Shown: positions 25,401 to 37,884 of the stretch, in pieces
Numbering within the stretch: position 1 is the first letter of the stretch
Layout: each line of letters begins with the position of its first letter
Assembly: GCA_013265495.1 (NCBI GenBank)
Contig: MU058687.1
Location: forward strand, 3,288,001 to 3,352,000
Origin: Vicugna vicugna
Taxonomy: Eukaryota
Direction: 5' to 3'
Length of the DNA stretch: 64,000 nucleotides
Program-made: the position numbers and the translations under genes
The notes under the pieces: generated by a model
Seen by the model: the letters and a program-made list of their open reading frames with translations, nothing else
What the model was told of the DNA's origin: nothing
The model's database searches: none

Positions 25401-28400
25401 AAAAACTGGCAAAGGACTAGACTGACTAAAAGGATAAGCCTGTCAACATAGCTACCATTTCAGAGGTAGAAAGAACATACTATCTTTAGGCTTATATAGT
25501 CTGTAAAATTGTCTGAGCAAGGTAATAACATACAATTTATCTTGGGGTTAAGTTGTTCAGTTTTCTTTTTGGTGGGGGAGGGGTTGAAGGCATTCATTTA
25601 GGTAATTTTATGTATGTAATATTTCCCATGAAACTATTTCAGAAGGAAAAAATGTAAACACTAGGATTTTTATTTCAAGATTTATCACTGAAGTCACAAT
25701 TGAAAAAAAAAGCATCTATTTCTATTGAGATTTACCAATTTTGTATTACTATTAAGTCTTGTTCACAGTATTTACATTTAGAGAAATCAATGAACTTAGA
25801 CTTGCCCTAGAATATTATCCCTTGGAACCTTGCCTTGTTCACCTCTTATACCTACTGGTAGCATTTTCCACTCTTGCTCTCTCACTATTAATATTTCAGT
25901 GAGAAGTCCCTAGTTCCTGAAGAATACCAGATCCCTCTGATACAAATCAGAAATCATTGCACTATAGTACAAATTCAATAATCCAATAAATTATTTTCAT
26001 CTTATGTCAAGGACCCTGCATATGAGCATCCTGAATGATAATGAATTTTTAAAATCTCATTTTGTACATTAAATAGCCAATTTCCACTTCTACAACAGGA
26101 AAATCAGTGGTTTTAACACAGGGAAATGCTAACACTCCAACTCCTCTCCCATGGCCTTTAAAAACATGTGAGGTGTCTGTAGTTAAAACAATGGCAAGGG
26201 TATGGGGGGAGGCACTACTGGCATTTAATAGATAGTGCCCACTATGTTAAACATAATACAATGCTCAAGACAGCCCCACACAATCAAGAAGTGTCTCGCT
26301 CCTCCAAGTGCCAATGCATAGTGGGTACTTATTATTCAAAAACTTCATACATTAATCCATCTCCTTTTTAAAAAATTAAAGTACATATTTATTAAGTTTA
26401 TGTAAGGAATTCAAATGTATATTCCAGGGTATAAAGTTCAGCGAGGAAATACATCCATCATAAAAAATGTTAGAATACTCCAGGTAGTCACTCTATTCAG
26501 TAACTTTCTTCTCACCTCGTTGAGTGCTCTACTCTTTTTTCTTTTGATCTTCATTGTGCTTATTTATTACTATTTTTTAAAAGCAGTTTTAGGTTCACAG
26601 TAAAATTAAAAGGAAGAGATATTTCCTATATACCCCCTGCCCATACACATGTACAGACTCCCCCATTAGAGTTAGGGTTACTATGAACCTGACAGTGGTA
26701 TCTCTATAAACCACAGTCTCGGGTTCATTTCTAATGGCTGCATTATAGACAAACATGTAAGTATTTACTGTATAAGGAAAAATACTTTGAAGACCTTATC
26801 TGGCCAGAATTCTGAAATCTAAAAACAAATAGTTCAGTTTTAACATTTTTACTCTACTTTCAATACAAAATAATCACTAATATACATGCAAAATGGCTAA
26901 AATTGTATTTCATTCAAAATTACACAACCTGCCAAAGTTAAATTATTGTCCTGAAATATTTTTTTCCTAATAAATGAGAGAGAAGAGGTAGCACATACTA
27001 ATAAAGAATAGCTATTATTCCAAAGAAAGAGATGCACCAAACAAAGGCAAGTGAAGGCCTCTGTGGCACAGGGTAAATTCCCAGTATATGCCCTGCATGT
27101 ATAGGGACCTATTTTTCCTTTTGTAGGAGTGGACTCTGCTTCCTTACTGGCTTCAGGAGAAGTGGTTTTCTGTTATTCAATAAAAATTGCTATCATTCCT
27201 CCAACAAACACATCTGGATGCCTGTGTGTCAAGCTGTCAGGCACTAAGTTAAGTGCCTAAAGAGGAAAATATAAAGATATAATTTCTGTACTCAAGGAGC
27301 TTACAGTCAAATACTATAGAATGTTATTAGTGAATGGATAATTACAACAAAAGGTGATGACTGCTATGATACAGTAAACATAGGGAACAGGGAAGAGAGA
27401 CACCTGATCTAGCCAGGGAAGATGAGGGAGAGTATGCTGGAATAGTGAAGAGTGAGTCGTGAATTGAAAGCAATAGAATTTAGTGAGAAAGAGAATAGCG
27501 AGAGGGCTTTTCCCAGCACAGGAGGGCACTTCTGTTCCCAAAGAAAGAAAGAAAGAAACATGTCATAATAAGGGAGCTGCAAGAAGTTCCTCAAAAGCAA
27601 GTCTATGGGAGTTATAAGAATTAAAATCTCATTCATGTTAAAATAAAAGGATATGTTTGTATGTGTGTATATAAAGTGGGGATACATATACATAAATATC
27701 TAAATCCATAGCAAAGGTCTGGAAAGATATTTATCATTGCAGTAACAATAATTACCTCTGGGAAATAAAGTGGGAGAAGAAGGCAGAACTGTATATACTT
27801 ATTTATATAGTTGGTATCTTTTACCATAAGAATTATTAGTACAATTTTAATTTTTTAAAAAAATCAACAAAATAAGGGGAAAAAGAAGGACTCCCAGGCG
27901 TTTCAGCACAGTCAGTTAGGAAGATATCAATGCCAATCACTGAGTTAGAGAATAGAGAAGGTAGATTAAGTGAAAAATTATGCATTTAGGTTTGGATTTG
28001 ATGGAGTACTACTTTGGGGAAATCTAGACAGATCTGCCCTTTAGACAATGAGATAAAAGAGCCTGAAGCTCAGGAGAGTCAGCATATGACTGGCAATTTT
28101 AGTCAAAGGAATAAAATAGTCAAAGAAAACGTACAGTGAGAAAGAAGTCTTAAAGAACTTCACAAGAGAGCTATCTCAGCAGACTTGTTGAGGAGAGGCC
28201 GTATTACAGTGAAACGAACAGTGAAAGGAAGGTGAAGAAGTAGAGGGAGCAGAAAACTGCTAGAAACCTGAAGCAAAGTGAAGAAAATTAGGTGGAAATT
28301 CAGTAGTAGCTACAGGGAGCCTTGATAGTCAAGGAAAAACTTTTCTTTCCAAAGATGAGTAAAGCAAGTATATTCAAATGCTAACAGGAAGGAGCCAGTA

Positions 28401-31400
28401 AAAGAGGGGAGATGATAGACATCTTTGAGAAGAAGAAGAATAAAAAGGTAAGGTTACAAAGGAAAAGGCAAGAGTGAGACCCAGGATACATTAGAATATA
28501 CTTGGCAAGATTAGGTTTAGATAGAAGAGATTTGTTATAGAGACAAAAGGAATAGTCAAGACAAAAAGACAAGTGCAGGATAGAGAAAGCTGACAAATTT
28601 CTTCCAATAGTCTTTATATGCAAATAGATGGGGAGTCACCTATTAAGCTGAGAGGGGATGGAGAAGAGTAGGAGTTACAGCTTGGAGGAACACCAGGGGT
28701 GCCCAGTTGAAACCTGAAATGTAAATCTGCATGACTGTGTAATTGCTCCCCACCCCCACCCCGAACTCAGCAGCCATGATGTAGGAGCAAAGAATGGGTT
28801 ATCACTAGTGCTGTGTTAGAGGGTAAAATGAAAGTGCGTGGGAGAGAGAGAAGCAGCAAAGGTCAGGAAATGAAGATTCTCAAGTAGTTTCCCCAGTATC
28901 TTCGATTTTAAAGAGATTTTTTACCTCTATGTGTAGTATATATTTATAAGAAAAAAACTAGGTCTTAAAAACAGTTTTTTGGCTCTGAGTATAGCTGCTC
29001 TGTGATGAGATTATTTTACATAAACTTCATTTTTGTTCTTTGGATTACTTTGTAGACAGGGCCATCCTAAAACTAGTAAGTGCCAGTTTTGCACTTAACG
29101 GAGAAAGATGTTTGTGTGGTTTATTATAGTCAAATGATTTATTAAAATAATTAAGTATCTATATAAGTACTTTATAAGTACATGTAAGAGAAATAAAAGA
29201 GGCTACAGACAAAACTAAATTTCGATTTTTTTAGGGTGCTAGTATAGTAGATTTTTTAAAATGTGCTAGCATTTTAAAACGTTAGTACTATTAAACAATA
29301 GTTTTTAATATACAGTGTGTATGTCAATTATATCTCAATAAAACTGGAAGAAAAAAAGAATTGTTTTTAAAATGTAAAACAAATACATAAACACCCTAAG
29401 TATATATAAGCTATCATCAATTTGGGGAATTTCAAAGGAAAAAGTCATTGCTGTTATGATGTCATAATATATTGTTCATATTGTTATGAAGTGATATCTT
29501 GTGTTAGCCTAAGTATATTCCACTATTATTTTTAACAAAAACTAAATGGCCAGAGATTTATCATTTTCACACAATTAAAAAAAAAAAACTCACAAAGTAT
29601 TTATAAATGGGGGAAAAAAAAATCAGTGAGAGAGTTACCTTGTCTTTTGACTGTCCCTGTCGAGCAATTGCATCATACTTAATTTTTCCTTCAGCATCAA
29701 CCTGAATGGCCAGTGCATTTGACATTTTTTTCTTTCGTCCCATATCCAGGGGATACTGGGCCACATGGATCTCTGGAAAAGCACCTCCATCTCCAAAATC
29801 CTATATATTAAAAAGAAATCAAAAGAAAACTTAATAGTAATTTAAGATTCAAGATATATACACGCATCTAATAAATAATTTTTGAGTCCTCATTATTATG
29901 CTAGATTCTAGAGATATGGCAGTAAACAGAACAGAGGTCCCTAATCTTGTGGAGTGTATATTTTAGTGGGCAAAGATATAAAAAGTATAATTTTTGGTTT
30001 GTAATAAATGCCTTGAAAGCAATAAAGGGGCCGGGAAGAGGGGCTGCTTTTGATAGTGTGGCTGCAATAGCCTTTGTGAAGAGGCAATGTGAGCTAAAGC
30101 CTGAATAATGAGAAATCAGTCATGGGAGGATCTGAGGGAAGCACTTTCTAGACAGATCAAACAGCAAGTGTGAAGGCCCTGCAGCAAGAATGAGCTTGGC
30201 ATGTCATGTTCTAGGAAATGAACTGTACAATGGGGCTGTAGCTTACTGAAAGCAGAGGAGCAGACACATAGGTAGTAAGCCTGCATGAGTAGGCAAACAC
30301 CAGGTTATGAAAGGGCTTTTAGACCATGGCAAGGATCTAGATTTTATGTACACGGCAGAAAGAAATTAAGCAAAATGTTAAGCATACAGAAAAGATTTTT
30401 CATTTCTGCATACATAATTTTCTTAATGAAGAACACAACAAGCTGTACTTAGAACAGAAATGTAAAGAATTATATTTCTTCTTCAGACTTTAATAACATA
30501 CTATGTATTAGTGCTCCATGAAAAGCAAATAAATAGAAAGGACCCAGAAATGAGTTTACCACATTTCTAATGATGATTATATACAATTATTTAGAAGAGA
30601 GAATTAAGACTTCTAAAGTAGAACAAGCTAAGTAAAGTCTGTCAGTGAAGTACAGTATTACCAAATAAGATATATCATCAACTTAACATATGAATATTAA
30701 ATATAATTTAAATCATTTTGTTAAATGTAATATATATATTCACTTAGTAACTCACTATAATTCACAAAATACAATCCACACTTACATCATCTCATTTAAT
30801 TACTGTTAATTCTTCAACATCTCATATTCTCATATGGAAAAAATTCAAGTTTAGTAAAGTTAAAAGTGATTTTTCTAAGGCCTCGTGAATTGCATATGCA
30901 GGACTTGAACCCAGATCTTTTGATTCCAAAAACTGCATTTTCTACTAAACTGAAATATCTTTCTTTAAGCTCAAAAAAAGGTAAATCATTTTACTAAGAG
31001 ATGATAGGAAAAACATATTAATATCAATCATTTAGGGGGGTTTGATGAAAAAATTTATGAAAATAGCCACTGTTATATGATCTCCTCCTTCAAGAAATAT
31101 TCCGTTAGATCCTGGATATATGATTTTCTAGGTACAAATTCTTGCTTGCTAAAGAAAGGTTTGACATTTTAAAAAAACAAACAATAAAACTGAAGGAGAC
31201 ATTTTCTCATAAATTAGGCAGAAAATAGTTAAAGCATTCCTAAGAAGGGTGCTACCTATACCCAAGCCATCAATCTGACGTGTGCTCAGATTTGCTAGAG
31301 TTCTTCAACTATAATAAGCACTTCAGGACTGTAGATGTGGCATTATGTGGTCATTAAGCTTGTCAGAAAATCATAGCTGTTACTTTGAAAACCAGAACAA

Positions 31401-34400
31401 AATGCTTTCTTCCACAGAACATTCACTCCACTCAAGAAGCATTCACAGTATTTCTATTAGCTGGCCATTTTGGTTTGATTTTCAAATAAACTGTTCTGCT
31501 CTACCAGGATATATGAAATCTTTGATAGCCAGGTAAGATTTTAAAAGCTCATGGTACCTGAATGTCCTCATGATAAAATGCAAGGATGACATTTCTGTTG
31601 TACATAAAATGATATGTGCCATTCCCTCTCCGCAATCTATAGAGAGGCCAAACAGAATATTTGTATTTCCCTAAAAGAGGATCTAATCTTCTATTAGATA
31701 ATGCCAAGTACTACCTTTTTGCCCCAGATAAGATGCCTCCTTGATGATCTTTTTTTAAATAAATTTACTTATTTTTTATTATTTTTTCTAGGGGGGAGGT
31801 AGTTAGGTTTATTTACTTTCTTAACAGAGGTACTGGGGATTGAACCCAGGACCTCATTCATGCTAAGTATGTGCTTTACCACTGAGCTATACCCTTCCCC
31901 ATTCCTGACAGTCTTTTATTTTGCTCTCTTTCTCATAAATTACATTGGCAGTGAAAATAAAACCACCACCAACAAAAATCCCTTCATAACTGTAGTAAGA
32001 CTGGCCTTCACACATTGAATTAATAAGGATCAGAGGATAGCTGAGCAAAAAACAAATGAACAAAGAAACTACCAGGGAATATGTTAGAAGACGAGATCTA
32101 TCTATCTAGTTGCGTGTTTGGTTTTCTAGGCTCTACAAAGAGTTTGGTAGGTAGGGGCAATGACAAACATGGGAGGCTGAGAATACAGTTGCCTTCTTGT
32201 AGGTGGTAAGCAACATGTTTCAAAACAAAGAATACTTAGTTCACTATGATCACCACTTGGAGCTACATGAAAAAAAGCTAAGGACATGGCCTTTCACGTT
32301 ATAAAGTAAAATCACAACCAAATAAAGATAGAACATAACAAAGTAATAAAATAAAAATAACTAGGCACAAAAATGAATAGGCACAGAGATTTTTAATAGA
32401 GCATGTATATCCCTTGGGAAGTGGAGAGGAAATTTTGCAGGGTCAGGACGAATGGAGATGAAGAAAAAACTCTGATGAAACAGCAAGAGGCCTTGGGGAG
32501 GCAAAACAGTAAAGTCTCAAATGTTTGCTTTTCTCCCTAGATAAAAAAGGTGATAGAGCATAGGCAGTCTGCCCTGGAAATAAGGAAAGGAATATGCACT
32601 GAACTGATGTACAAGATCCTGAGTAATTAGGAGGATAGGTGCTGCCAAAAAAGTTTGTTCTTTGGGAACAAGCTAGAGATACAAAAAGATCATTCCAGAT
32701 TCCTCCTTCTCCCTCACTGCCTCCAAATCAACCATCAAATTCTGTCTCTTAAACCTTCCCAAAAGTTTATCTAATCTGTATTTTAGGCATATATTAATAT
32801 TCTCAAATTGAAGATAAGAAAATAGATGAAGAGAGGTTAGGATCTGCTCGGTCACACAAATAGTAAGTAGCACAGCTATAATACGAAAGTTATTTTAATT
32901 AATTAATTTTTAAAAATTCCTTGTCAGTTTTCTGTCCACTACACCTAACAGGAAAGAAATCAAAAAAGAAAATGCTGCTGGAGTTTTCCCTGGCGGAAAG
33001 TTGTTTCTTCAGGGTGATGTGGCATTGTGCATGTAGGGAAGAGGGAGGGGAAGGCACCCAAAGATGAAATCATTCTTTCATTTTTTTTTACCGCTTACTT
33101 TCCCATTATTTTCCATTTACTATAATTCTCAGATTTATAAAGGGTGTGTTAGTTTCTTCTGTACATGTTTAACGGTTTGACATAAGACATAAATTGGTAC
33201 AATTCTCCAGTGATCACAAAGCAGTGAGAATAAGCAAGAAGAAAGAGCTTAACCTTCTGAGCAAAGTTCATGTCTTGAGAGCTCACAACCAGAATTTCTA
33301 TTACATTGACATTCACATGCGGAGGCTCTAGGGTTTAAATTTTATAAGAGTGCTATAATAAATTTCAGCACAATTATTTACCTCTAATAACCGAGGTATC
33401 CAGCCTTTCCGGTACCCGTATGGGGGAGGTTCTCTTCTGGAGGAGACCAGTGAAGTCTGTCGTGATCTCTGGGATCTTGCCTTTTCTTCAGCCTCAAGCT
33501 GGTCCTGAGACAGCTGAGTAGGTGCAGGTAAAAAGCTATAAGCAAAGATAATAAAAGTCAGAATTTTAAAAACTCTTACATCTGATTATTACAATTTCAC
33601 CATCAATTTCACCATTATATAATACTTTTTTCTTTGAGCAGAAGAGCAAACTTTTCAATGATTATGGCAATATTAAATATCAGTCATTTTATTATACCTG
33701 GAAAGAAATAAAAGTACCCAGAGACATACAGTAAAAACGTTAGACTGGGATGCAGGCAATTGGTGCCCAGAATATAAAATTAACAGATATTTCAAATAAT
33801 AGATAACCTGTTGAGTTTTTATGCTTCCGCATTTCTTTTCTTGTAAAAAGCAAGTAAACATTCTCAATTACCCAGGGGCCAGCTCTCCAACATATGATTT
33901 TCTTAGTGTCTTTACTACTTTTATACTCTATTTTTAATTACTTTACTCGCATGTTTCTTATTTTTAACTATTTTAGCGTCAATACGGGAAAAAAAAAACC
34001 CCCAAGAATTAGCACTCAATGTAACAAAGAGGTGGATAAAACAGAAAACACAAGCTGACTAAGTGCATTTTCTCAAGGTTATCTAGTTTACAATGCAATT
34101 TGAAACTTCAGAGGTCAAAGATTCAAAGCAGAAATTCTAAAGATGGAATTTGGTATTCTTTAATCAACACAGTCTTCTACTAAATCATTCTTAACAACTT
34201 TCAAGTATAATAAATGTTATTATAGAGATATCCCAAAGTACCACAAAAGGATTCCAGTAGATGAATAATATGTTTAATGGAAAAGTTAAGATTCCTTTGT
34301 GATTCTTGCTTAGTAAGCATATTTGAATAAGCAGTAGAGCTTATTTACTCAAAAATATTTATTGATTGCTTGTGTGCAGGCACTGTGCTAGGTAGACAAT

Positions 34401-37400
34401 GAGACTATAAACTGAGAAAGACAGTTGACAGTCTTACAGGGGAGAGAGACAACCAAAGAATCACACAAATCCATAATTACAAATTATAATAAGTGATAAG
34501 AAAAAGTACAGAGTGCTCTGACAGCATATGTCAGAGGGACCTAAACCAGTATGACAGATCAGGGAATGTGATGGCTAAGAGCTCAGAGTTCAGATCCTAC
34601 ATATGCCACTTGCTAACCTGGATTAGTTACTTCTCTGAACTTCAGTTTTCTCATCTGTAGTGATAGAACAAAAGATTACCTACCTCATAGTACTTTTATA
34701 AGTATTCAATGAGAACATTCATGAACCATTTGGTACAGTGTCTAGATACCATTCAGTACATGTTCCATAAATATTTGATTACTCGGAGTTGTTCCATAAT
34801 TCCCCCAGTTTGGGTCAGTTACCCCCTACCCATGCTCTCACAAGACCCTTTGTGTATGACTATTATAATGTCTACCTTACTGTACTGCAAGCATCTATTC
34901 ATTTACCTTTCTTTCTCTCACTACACTGTGGGCAACTTGAGGGCAGGAATCACGCCTTCTGCTTCTTTCATCCCTAACTCTCCAAGTATGGTCTATCTAG
35001 CTCACAGTAGGGCCTATTTAAATGTTGGCAAGAGGTATAAATTCACTCTACCCTTTGCACTCACCATCTTTATGTCACAACAACCTTGCTGCCTTTCCTT
35101 AAACAAGCCATCTCATGATCTTTACATTTGCTTTCCCTCTGTCATAAAACAGTCTATTTACTTACTTAGAAAACTCTTCCCCAGATTTTTTAGTGCTTAC
35201 TTCTTGGCATTCATGTCCCTGCTCAACCTTCCTACACCTTGTCCCTTACACCTCCCTACAGCTGTTACCTGACCATCTTGTCCAAAACAGCATTCCACCT
35301 CACATTTGAGTCACTCTCTATCCCTTTATCTGTATTTTATTTCCAGTACTTATTACCTGAAATTGCATTATTGATTTGTTTACTCCTACAGCCTGTCTCT
35401 CCTAGAAAGTAAGCTCTGTGAGGATAAGGAGTTTGCCTGACTGATTCCATGCTGTAAACCAACACTAGCCTGGCACATGGCAGACTTTTAACAAATGCAT
35501 ATTTTTTAACTGAATGAATGGATGGATAAATGGAGTCAAACATTTTGGGCTTCTATCACAGCTATTTTCAGTAAACCATGTATACCCAATACATAGGAGG
35601 GATACAAAGACAGCAACAAAGAAGCCAAAATATTTATTTATGTTTCATTTCTCCTTTCTTTTCTTTACCTCCTGTTGGAAGAACTAGTCACTAGAATGAT
35701 CAAAAGGCAGGCAGTCTACCAAAGCAGAGTTTGGACATTCAGTTAACAGGTAACCTGGCCTGGATTATAGTCAGAACACACCTTAGCCTTCCAGAGGGTC
35801 TTAACTGTGTTGTTCCTTGTAAAGGATGACATTCCCATAATGAGGTACACTTCAACGGTGGGGGTGGGTACTTAGTAGCTGCATATTCCAGCAGGAAGTC
35901 TACCTCAGTGTTTCTCAACTGGGGGCAAAATATCTACAGTGTAGATATTTGACAATGTCTGAAGACATTTTGGTTGTTAGAATTTGGTAAGTAACAGGTT
36001 GGAGGGGGTAGGGGTGCCCCTGGCATCTAGTGGGTAGAGGCCAAAGATGCTGCTAAACATCTTAATATGCACCGGACAACCCCATACAAGAATGAATTCT
36101 CCAGTCTAAAATGTCAACAGTGTCACTATGGGGACAACATCCTTCCCCCTTTACTAAGCTTTTTAAATGAAAGCGATATAAGAAATATAACCTTAAATAC
36201 GGTTGAGTTTAAAAGTTAAATCAGTATGACTTTAAATCTTTAGTTAGTAACAATCATTTGTGACACCAAGACTATAACACATCAGTATGTCAAGTCCCTG
36301 CGGTTAAGAATCCCTGGTAGATCCTAGAGATAATAACATTTCACCTGGGAACTTGAGACCATCTCTAAAAATCAAACCAACTAAAATTCAGCAAAATCAG
36401 AAAGCTATGTAGTCCCCAAGACAAGCTATTTAAAGACAGCGCTCTGCCATTAAAATACCCATACAATACCCACAATGTCTCTGGTATTCTTCCTTTGTGT
36501 CCTTTTAAAACTCCACCTTTCCCACAAAACTTTTCTCATAACTCTACTAGTCTTTTTCACACTGCCTTCCACTTGCAGGTCATTCAAACAAATGTTTGCT
36601 GCCTGCAACATTTACCAAAGAAAACTCTCCAGTCCGTTCAGCTCATCCCATTCTAATTCTTTTTGCACTTAAGGTTAGTACTACACAATAAAGTCTTTTA
36701 AAACATTTTCTAAAAATTGAAGCATAGTGGATTTACAATGTTGTGTTAGTTTCAGCAAAGTTATTCAGTTACACACACACATATACAAATGTATATTTAT
36801 ATCTACATAATAAGCATTGTTATTGCTTCGTATCTGTATGCCATGTACCCCATCTTTCCCGCAGCCAAAGACTGTCAGATTTCCTTTTGTATACACAGAA
36901 GCTCTAGGACAGAATAAGGCACCCAAAAATAATTCTCAAAAGAATTTTCTAATTCAAATATTTTTAGAATTCATAACTGTCATCAGTCAGGAAAATGTAG
37001 GAGTGTGTTTTAAAAGCGAAAGCGGATGTCTTAACATGATTTACTTTCTTTACAACCTTCTTTGACACTCAACTTTTCCCGTTCCGTCCGTCCGTTCGTT
37101 CGTTCGTTCGTATGGAAGTTTTTCTACTTAGGTGGGGCAGCAAGGTCGAGGACTAGTAATAATTACGTAACTCCCTGGAATCTCCCCTTAAGCATCTTTT
37201 TCTTAAAGGCGGGGATCACTTCACTTGCGGTTGCCAAGGCAACCAGGAATAGCGAAAAATCTTACGCGGTTCTATCTACAGAAGAAATTCTAAGGTTCAA
37301 AGTTAAAGTGCGGAGCAGCGGCGCGAATTAGTAGACAGCGGCTACTACTAAGGCTGATTTAAAATCTCCGTTCAGTGCCGGGCCCCGTTTTCCCCCAAAA

Positions 37401-37884
37401 TCCTTGTTTCGGACAGAGACGAGAGAGAGACTTCGGTAGACAAACGGCAGTAAGCCAAGCAGTCGCCTCCCGCCCGCTTCACTCCGCCCAGACAAATAAG
37501 CCACTGCCTTCTACACCTCCATCGCGCCCACCCGAGCCGCGGACCCGAGAGAACGCTCTCCACGCCCTCAAGATGCATAAGCGAAAAACATGTGCGACTC
37601 CTCGGCATCTGAGGCCTGAGAACGATTCGCCACAAGCAGCTTTTGGGGCTAGTGAGGGAGCGAATTCAACCCGGGAAGCCGCTCAGGAAAGACCCCAGCT
37701 TTGGTGAGGCCTAGTCGCCCCGGCGGCCGGCAGGAGGGCCAAGCCGTGACCTCGGACTAAGTCGCTCTGTGGCCAGGGCCAGGTTATCGCCCGGAGAGTG
37801 TGGGCAGAGAAACGAAAAAGGTGGGTACTCCCAAACCCTTCCGTATCGAGGACCCGAATCAACAACCCACCTGGTGAGCGCCAT
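7229..37884 (-). CDS. SNW1: SNW1 (SKIP/Prp45), spliceosomal SNW-domain protein, complete spliced CDS (14 exons, 1611 nt, 536 aa)
   Basis: Exon lengths 14+154+162+96+107+105+70+66+117+142+97+118+164+199 = 1611 nt. All introns GT-AG, frame continuous from MALTSFLPAP to [13 protein letters not shown] signature present. Confidence 0.98.
7508..7671 (-). CDS. SNW1: SNW1 exon 13
   Basis: [59 protein letters not shown] flanks. Confidence 0.96.
9117..9234 (-). CDS. SNW1: SNW1 exon 12
   Basis: [43 protein letters not shown] flanks. Confidence 0.96.
9470..10695 (-). mobile_element. L1 3' fragment (ORF2 C-terminus plus 3' UTR)
   Basis: ORF-track peptides 9848..10132 (HCWWECKLV...[22 protein letters not shown]) and 9576..9761 ([16 protein letters not shown]) are L1 ORF2 C-terminal motifs, with frameshifts. 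Confidence 0.92.
12192..12288 (-). CDS. SNW1: SNW1 exon 11
   Basis: [37 protein letters not shown] flanks. Confidence 0.96.
13370..14250 (+). mobile_element. L2 (L2a-like) 3' fragment
   Basis: AAACTTAACATGTCC...GGAGTCATCCTTGACTCC...GCCTTTGCACTTGCTGTTCC...GTAGGTGCTCAATA...TGAATGAAT end motif. Confidence 0.75.
14805..14946 (-). CDS. SNW1: SNW1 exon 10
   Basis: [51 protein letters not shown] flanks. Confidence 0.96.
15852..15968 (-). CDS. SNW1: SNW1 exon 9
   Basis: [43 protein letters not shown] flanks. Confidence 0.96.
17463..17528 (-). CDS. SNW1: SNW1 exon 8 (SNWKN motif)
   Basis: [26 protein letters not shown] flanks. Confidence 0.97.
18213..18282 (-). CDS. SNW1: SNW1 exon 7
   Basis: [27 protein letters not shown] flanks. 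Confidence 0.96.
18799..19115. mobile_element. MER2-like TcMar-Tigger MITE
   Basis: GGATACCAAAATCTGTGGGTACTCAAGTCCCTTACATAAAATGGCATAGTATTTGCATATAACCTAC core; degenerate terminal inverted repeats flanked by TA. Confidence 0.8.
19478..19677 (-). mobile_element. Vic-1-type SINE inserted in an old L1 3' fragment
   Basis: Reverse-complement head CTCTACCACTGAGCCATATACTCCCC; TTTC-rich tail; TSD GATTAACTTTT (19467-19477 and 19678-19688). Confidence 0.85.
20126..20230 (-). CDS. SNW1: SNW1 exon 6
   Basis: [39 protein letters not shown] flanks. Confidence 0.96.
21160..21266 (-). CDS. SNW1: SNW1 exon 5
   Basis: [40 protein letters not shown] flanks. Confidence 0.96.
21364..21459 (-). CDS. SNW1: SNW1 exon 4
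   Basis: [36 protein letters not shown] flanks. Confidence 0.96.
22413..22974 (-). mobile_element. Older L1 3' end
   Basis: Poly-T, TTTATTGAAATGTAGTTGATT...TGCTGCAAATGGCATTATTTCATTC...TTGGCTATT. Confidence 0.85.
22975..23896 (-). mobile_element. Younger 5'-truncated L1 with open ORF2 C-terminal frame
   Basis: ORF 23347..23844 ([11 protein letters not shown]...[18 protein letters not shown]...WKQPKCPS) is uninterrupted; own poly-T tail at about 22975. Confidence 0.92.
29639..29800 (-). CDS. SNW1: SNW1 exon 3
   Basis: [54 protein letters not shown]; overlaps ORF-track entry 29567..29764. Confidence 0.97.
31750..31900 (-). mobile_element. Vic-1-type SINE
   Basis: GGGGATTGAACCCAGGACCTC...ACCACTGAGCTATACCCTTCCCC with a T-rich tail to the left. 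Confidence 0.88.
33382..33535 (-). CDS. SNW1: SNW1 exon 2
   Basis: [55 protein letters not shown] flanks. Confidence 0.96.
35906..36130. mobile_element. MER20-like hAT-Charlie DNA transposon
   Basis: CAGTGTTTCTCAACTGGGGGC...TGGCATCTAGTGGGTAGAGGCCAAAGATGCTGCTAAACATC...AAAATGTCAACAGTG. Confidence 0.8.
37800..37873 (+). other. Counterpart of human C14orf178 first coding segment (GTG in place of ATG), possible antisense exon
   Basis: Translates [25 protein letters not shown], resembling the recalled human [25 protein letters not shown]. Donor CTG|GTGAGC at 37874. Human sequence is from memory. Confidence 0.55.
37871..37884 (-). CDS. SNW1: SNW1 coding exon 1 (14 nt)
   Basis: AAGATGGCGCTCACCAG|GTGGGT gives MALTS, in phase with exon 2. 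Confidence 0.93.

Noticed and set aside
34709..35272. 187-aa plus-strand ORF
   Set aside because: Lies across MIR/L2 remnants in SNW1 intron 1; no recognisable domain or splice context.
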